64,000 nucleotides of DNA. Source: Callorhinchus milii. Its lineage: Eukaryota. The translations under genes and the position numbers were made by a program. Below are positions 60,141-64,000 of the stretch, piece by piece. The notes under the pieces are model-generated. The model was not told where the DNA came from. It ran no database searches and worked only from the letters and a program-made list of their open reading frames with translations. Location of the stretch: NCBI RefSeq assembly GCF_018977255.1, contig NW_024704746.1, forward strand, positions 10,168,001 to 10,232,000, in the 5' to 3' direction. The stretch's first letter is position 1. The number at the start of each line of letters is the position of its first letter.

Positions 60141-63100
60141 TGTTTACCTTTTTTTTGTTTCTTGCATTTGTTGTAGCACCTTTGCATCAGGACACTGTAC
60201 TTGTAAAAATGTATCCAATGAACTTCAACCCATTATTTGTAATATGCTAAGTGGGCCAGGGATGTTATTTTAATGTTACATTCATTAAAGTTATGAATTT
60301 ATACAATAAAATTTACGTTCGTATAGTGTTTTTCCCACCAGAAGGACAACCTAATGCTTGGCACTGCTGGCTGGGCACCTGAGCTGGAGGGTTTGGGGCG
60401 GGGGGATGTGGTGGGGGGTGGGGAAGTTGAATGAATTTGAAACCACTGAGTTTTATAAACTATTCGCTCCATTATCATAATTGTAATTCACGTTTTTTTC
60501 TTCAAGGGTGACTGGGACGTCTTTTAGTTCCATTTCTTAGATCTATCCTATCAGTCACCAGGTCCCGTGTGTGTCAGCTGACCCTGACCTCAAGAAGCTC
60601 TGAATAGCTTTTGCTGCTTCCACCAAATGAGGTTTCTAAAAACTTGCTTTGTCAGGTCCTTATCAGCTTCAATCTGACTCACGGGTCTAGTGTGCCAACC
60701 TGGCTCAATTGGTAGCACTCTTGACACTGAGTCAGATCATTCTGGGTCATGTTTCATTTTGAGGTCAACCTAGACTGAGCTTTGAGCTCAGTCTAGGTTG
60801 ATAGTGCCTTGTTGTCAGGAGTACTGTTAAACCAAGGTCCTAACTGCTTGTTCAGGTTAAACATTCCGTTGCACTCTTCAAAAAGAGAAGGGAGTTACTC
60901 CTGGTATCCTGACCAACAATTCCCAAATTGGTCATTCACTTCATGGCTGTTTGGAGGATTTTGCTGTGCGCAAATCTGAAGGCCTCATCTGCCTACAAAA
61001 TAGATCATCACTGCACTTGACAGTAAATTCTGTGAACGCACTTTGAGATGTTTTTACTCTAAGGTGCTGTATCAAATGCAAGGGTTATTATTTATCATTT
61101 TTCACAGTATCTTAATTAACCTACAAATTGTGTCTAAAACGTGGGTATTGGAAGGAAAGATTCAGGCAGTGTTCAGAGCTCTGTGCAGTGCCACAGACTC
61201 TACAGAACACGGACAGACTCGAACACACCTCTTTGAACCTATTTAAATGCTTAAAATTTGTTCTGAAATTGCCTTTGACGTCCAATAGTTGACTTTTGAG
61301 GCAGTCTACGTAAAAAAGAATTCTCTTGAGACTGTACAGCTCTCCTCCCTCAAATTAAGCAAAGGATTGTTAGTAATTTTTTTTTACCAATTTTCCCATA
61401 CAATTCATCTGTACACATTAGTGGATGCACAGAAATGCATAGAGGAAATGTAATCATGTAGTGGGAAATGGTTAACATGGTGAGAAATCCTGAAGGGTGT
61501 ATGTATGTTAATACAAATGATAGTTACTTAACACTCACTGCTCAGCTGCCAGATTCTATTTCTAAACTGCTACATTTTGCAGTGAAATCATATACAAGGA
61601 ATTCATGATTCTTGGCTCGTGAGACCAGCACTGAATCTGAGGCCTTACGAGTTTCTGTTCTGACGTAGTGCTTGGAAGCACCTTCTGTGCTTTTTAAACC
61701 AAGGCCTTTTGAAAGCTCCTGGGTAGTTCCAGATTATTTTTGTGTGCAGATGACAGCTGGTTCAAGATGAGTCCCAGATGCAATATGCACAACAGTTCGA
61801 AGAGTTTACAAGATGACATGCTTGCTTGGCATTCCAATCGAACTTTCCGTATAAGCTGCACACTGCAGAGAAATGGAACGTTTTGCAGTGCAAGAGAATT
61901 AGCTTTGCACGCGCATTAGCGTTAGGGTCAAAGAAATTTGATGTGAAGTACGTTGCTGCATTGGAGTGGGAAGGGAGAGAGAAATTATCTGTTTTGAAGG
62001 CAAATGCTGTAATCTGCATAAGCAACATCCCATGTGTTCATTCTTTTTGTGGTATTGGATGAGCAACAACTATTTGGTGTGGACACTGGGACACTCTGCT
62101 CTTTTTTTGAACTCGTGTCCTGGAAATCGTTTGACGCCCACCCTGATCTCCATTCTAATATTTTGAATAAAGACATGACCGCCAACAGCCCAGAACTCCC
62201 TCAGTAATGCATTTGGATTTGACTGACGCCAGGCTCCCTGGCAGTGTTTCAGCGAGTGAGATCATGACCTTATACCTTTGTCCTGCTCCGTGTACTGTTA
62301 GGAACTCGAGGTCAGACTTCAGCAGGCCAGAAATGGCCACTTTCAGAAAATTATGCATACGTTTGATGTAGCTCCTTATCAAGTTATTGAGACATTTGAA
62401 AGGATTTTTACTGCAAAGTGCAGTCACTGTATTATGTAGGCGAATATAGCAGTTGATTTGCGCTCAGCAATATCCCATAAACAGCCATGAAGTGAGTGAA
62501 TGTCCAATTTTGTCTGGCCAAGATTGTTGGCCAGCACAAGATGCTGGCAGAGAAGGGAGCCCTTTCCTGTAATGTATGTACTTTTAATAGAGCAAGATGT
62601 TGAATGTCTGACTGTACTGCCAATGAAGAATGTTCCTTTTAATGTAAATTCCATCAGTTTCAATTAGGCCAGTTTTTCCATTGTTAAATCCTTGCATCTG
62701 CAGTGCCTTTGAAAACCGTCTGTGTGTGTGTGTGTCTCCATTGCACTATATCCAACATAGTCTTTGAGAGCTCAATTTAAGCAACTTGGTGAAGAGTGAT
62801 AATATTTTGTTTGCAAAATGGATCTGGTGTTCAGCATGTCAGGAGTGAATTGCAATTCTGTGTAACCATTAAATCCATTCCAGTGTTCTTGGTTTTGCCT
62901 GTAGTTTGAATGCGATGGAGTCCTGTAGCGTATTGGTTAAAGCACTTGCCTCACAAGCGAGAGGACCAGGGTTTGAATCCTACGCAAGATGAATCCTTAG
63001 GCAAGTTTCCTTCCTCCACACACTTCTGTTTATCTAGTAGTAAGTAGAAACCCCAGTTGTTAGTCGATTGGTGGTTGCTTTCTGGTGGTAATAAATTCTG

Positions 63101-64000
63101 GCCTTCCAAAAAATAATAATAGTTTAGTCACTCAATCCATGACTGTTTGTGGAACATTGATGTGTGCAATTGGTTGCCGTGTTTTGCCCACGATATATAC
63201 AGTCCATTTGCTTTACAGTATATTCTGCGAAGTGCTTTGAGAAGTCTCGATGAAATGATAAGATGCTATATCAAATGCAAGTATTATTATTGTGCCAGTT
63301 GATGTGCTTTGCACTTAAGAAGTGAATGAGTACCATTAGAAGGAAGTGTCGGGTTCATATTTTGTTCCATTCTGTAGTAAGTTTTGCACAGCTGAAGATA
63401 GAGGAGATTGAGCCAAATTTCAACAGATGGCTTTGATTTAGTGTTTCGTGATGCCATAACTCTTGATGAGTTACACCAGTGTGTGTTTGGGTTTGTAACT
63501 TGTTTGTTTTGTTTCCAAATAATGTCAATTATTCCTTGCATTAATCAAAACTTTGATTTGCTCATGTGTGAAAAATCTAACCAAACGTTCTTTGAAAAGT
63601 GGAACCTGACAAAGTATCGTGATTCTAAACTAATGTTTACGAGTCTCCCTTGACTGAAAGGTAGTTCAGTAATAACCATTGTATTTGATATAGCACCTTA
63701 GCGTGTCATTGAGATGTCTTGAAGCGCACAGAGCAGTAACTACATTTTGTCAGTAATCGCGGCAGCTCATTTGCGAACTGCAATGCCCCATCTGGGTTTG
63801 GAGATCCACAAAAAATCCTCCAAACCAAATCCTCAGCGGAAATGGATTGCGTGAGTTCACTGAGCACTGGTGAGTTGTGTCAGCACTCGAGTGCTGCCTG
63901 AGCTGATGTGCGCTACAGTTGGAAATCATTTCTGGTGTTTTGCTTGGCACTGGGGCTTTTCAGCACCAAAGAGCTCCAGATTGCATTTCAGACAAAAATA

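Noticed and set aside
54807-64000. Search for RGL1 exon 2 (SSIQDWGEE...KRVQ) and for ARPC5 or TSEN15 exons
   Set aside because: Not found by eye in any frame, so presumed outside the window. RGL1 is therefore only inferred.

Overview
Vertebrate genomic DNA, most likely a cartilaginous fish and possibly a holocephalan. The taxon is inferred only from the repeat families (DeuSINE-type tRNA SINEs, L2, CR1/HER1-like LINEs). The window holds the last six coding exons of COLGALT2 on the + strand (3142-11119, ending in RDEL). It also holds an intact single-coding-exon APOBEC4 on the - strand (45225-46298, 357 aa, HxE...PCx6C deaminase motif). Around APOBEC4 lie short + strand ATG...GT micro-exons that probably belong to RGL1, which hosts APOBEC4 in human. 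Exon 2 of RGL1 was not found, so that assignment is inferred. The rest is intronic or intergenic and rich in retroposons: roughly 35-40 SINE copies, about 10 L2 3' ends and several CR1 ends. There is also a hAT MITE, a decayed Penelope-type hammerhead and a 31-bp minisatellite. The most notable observations are the COLGALT2/RGL1/APOBEC4 orientation differing from human, an L2 3' end abutting the APOBEC4 stop codon, a possible second Zn site in APOBEC4, phase-matched alternative first exons, and a GATA-rich VNTR. I found nothing that qualifies as a wholly new gene system. Repeat boundaries are read by eye and approximate.
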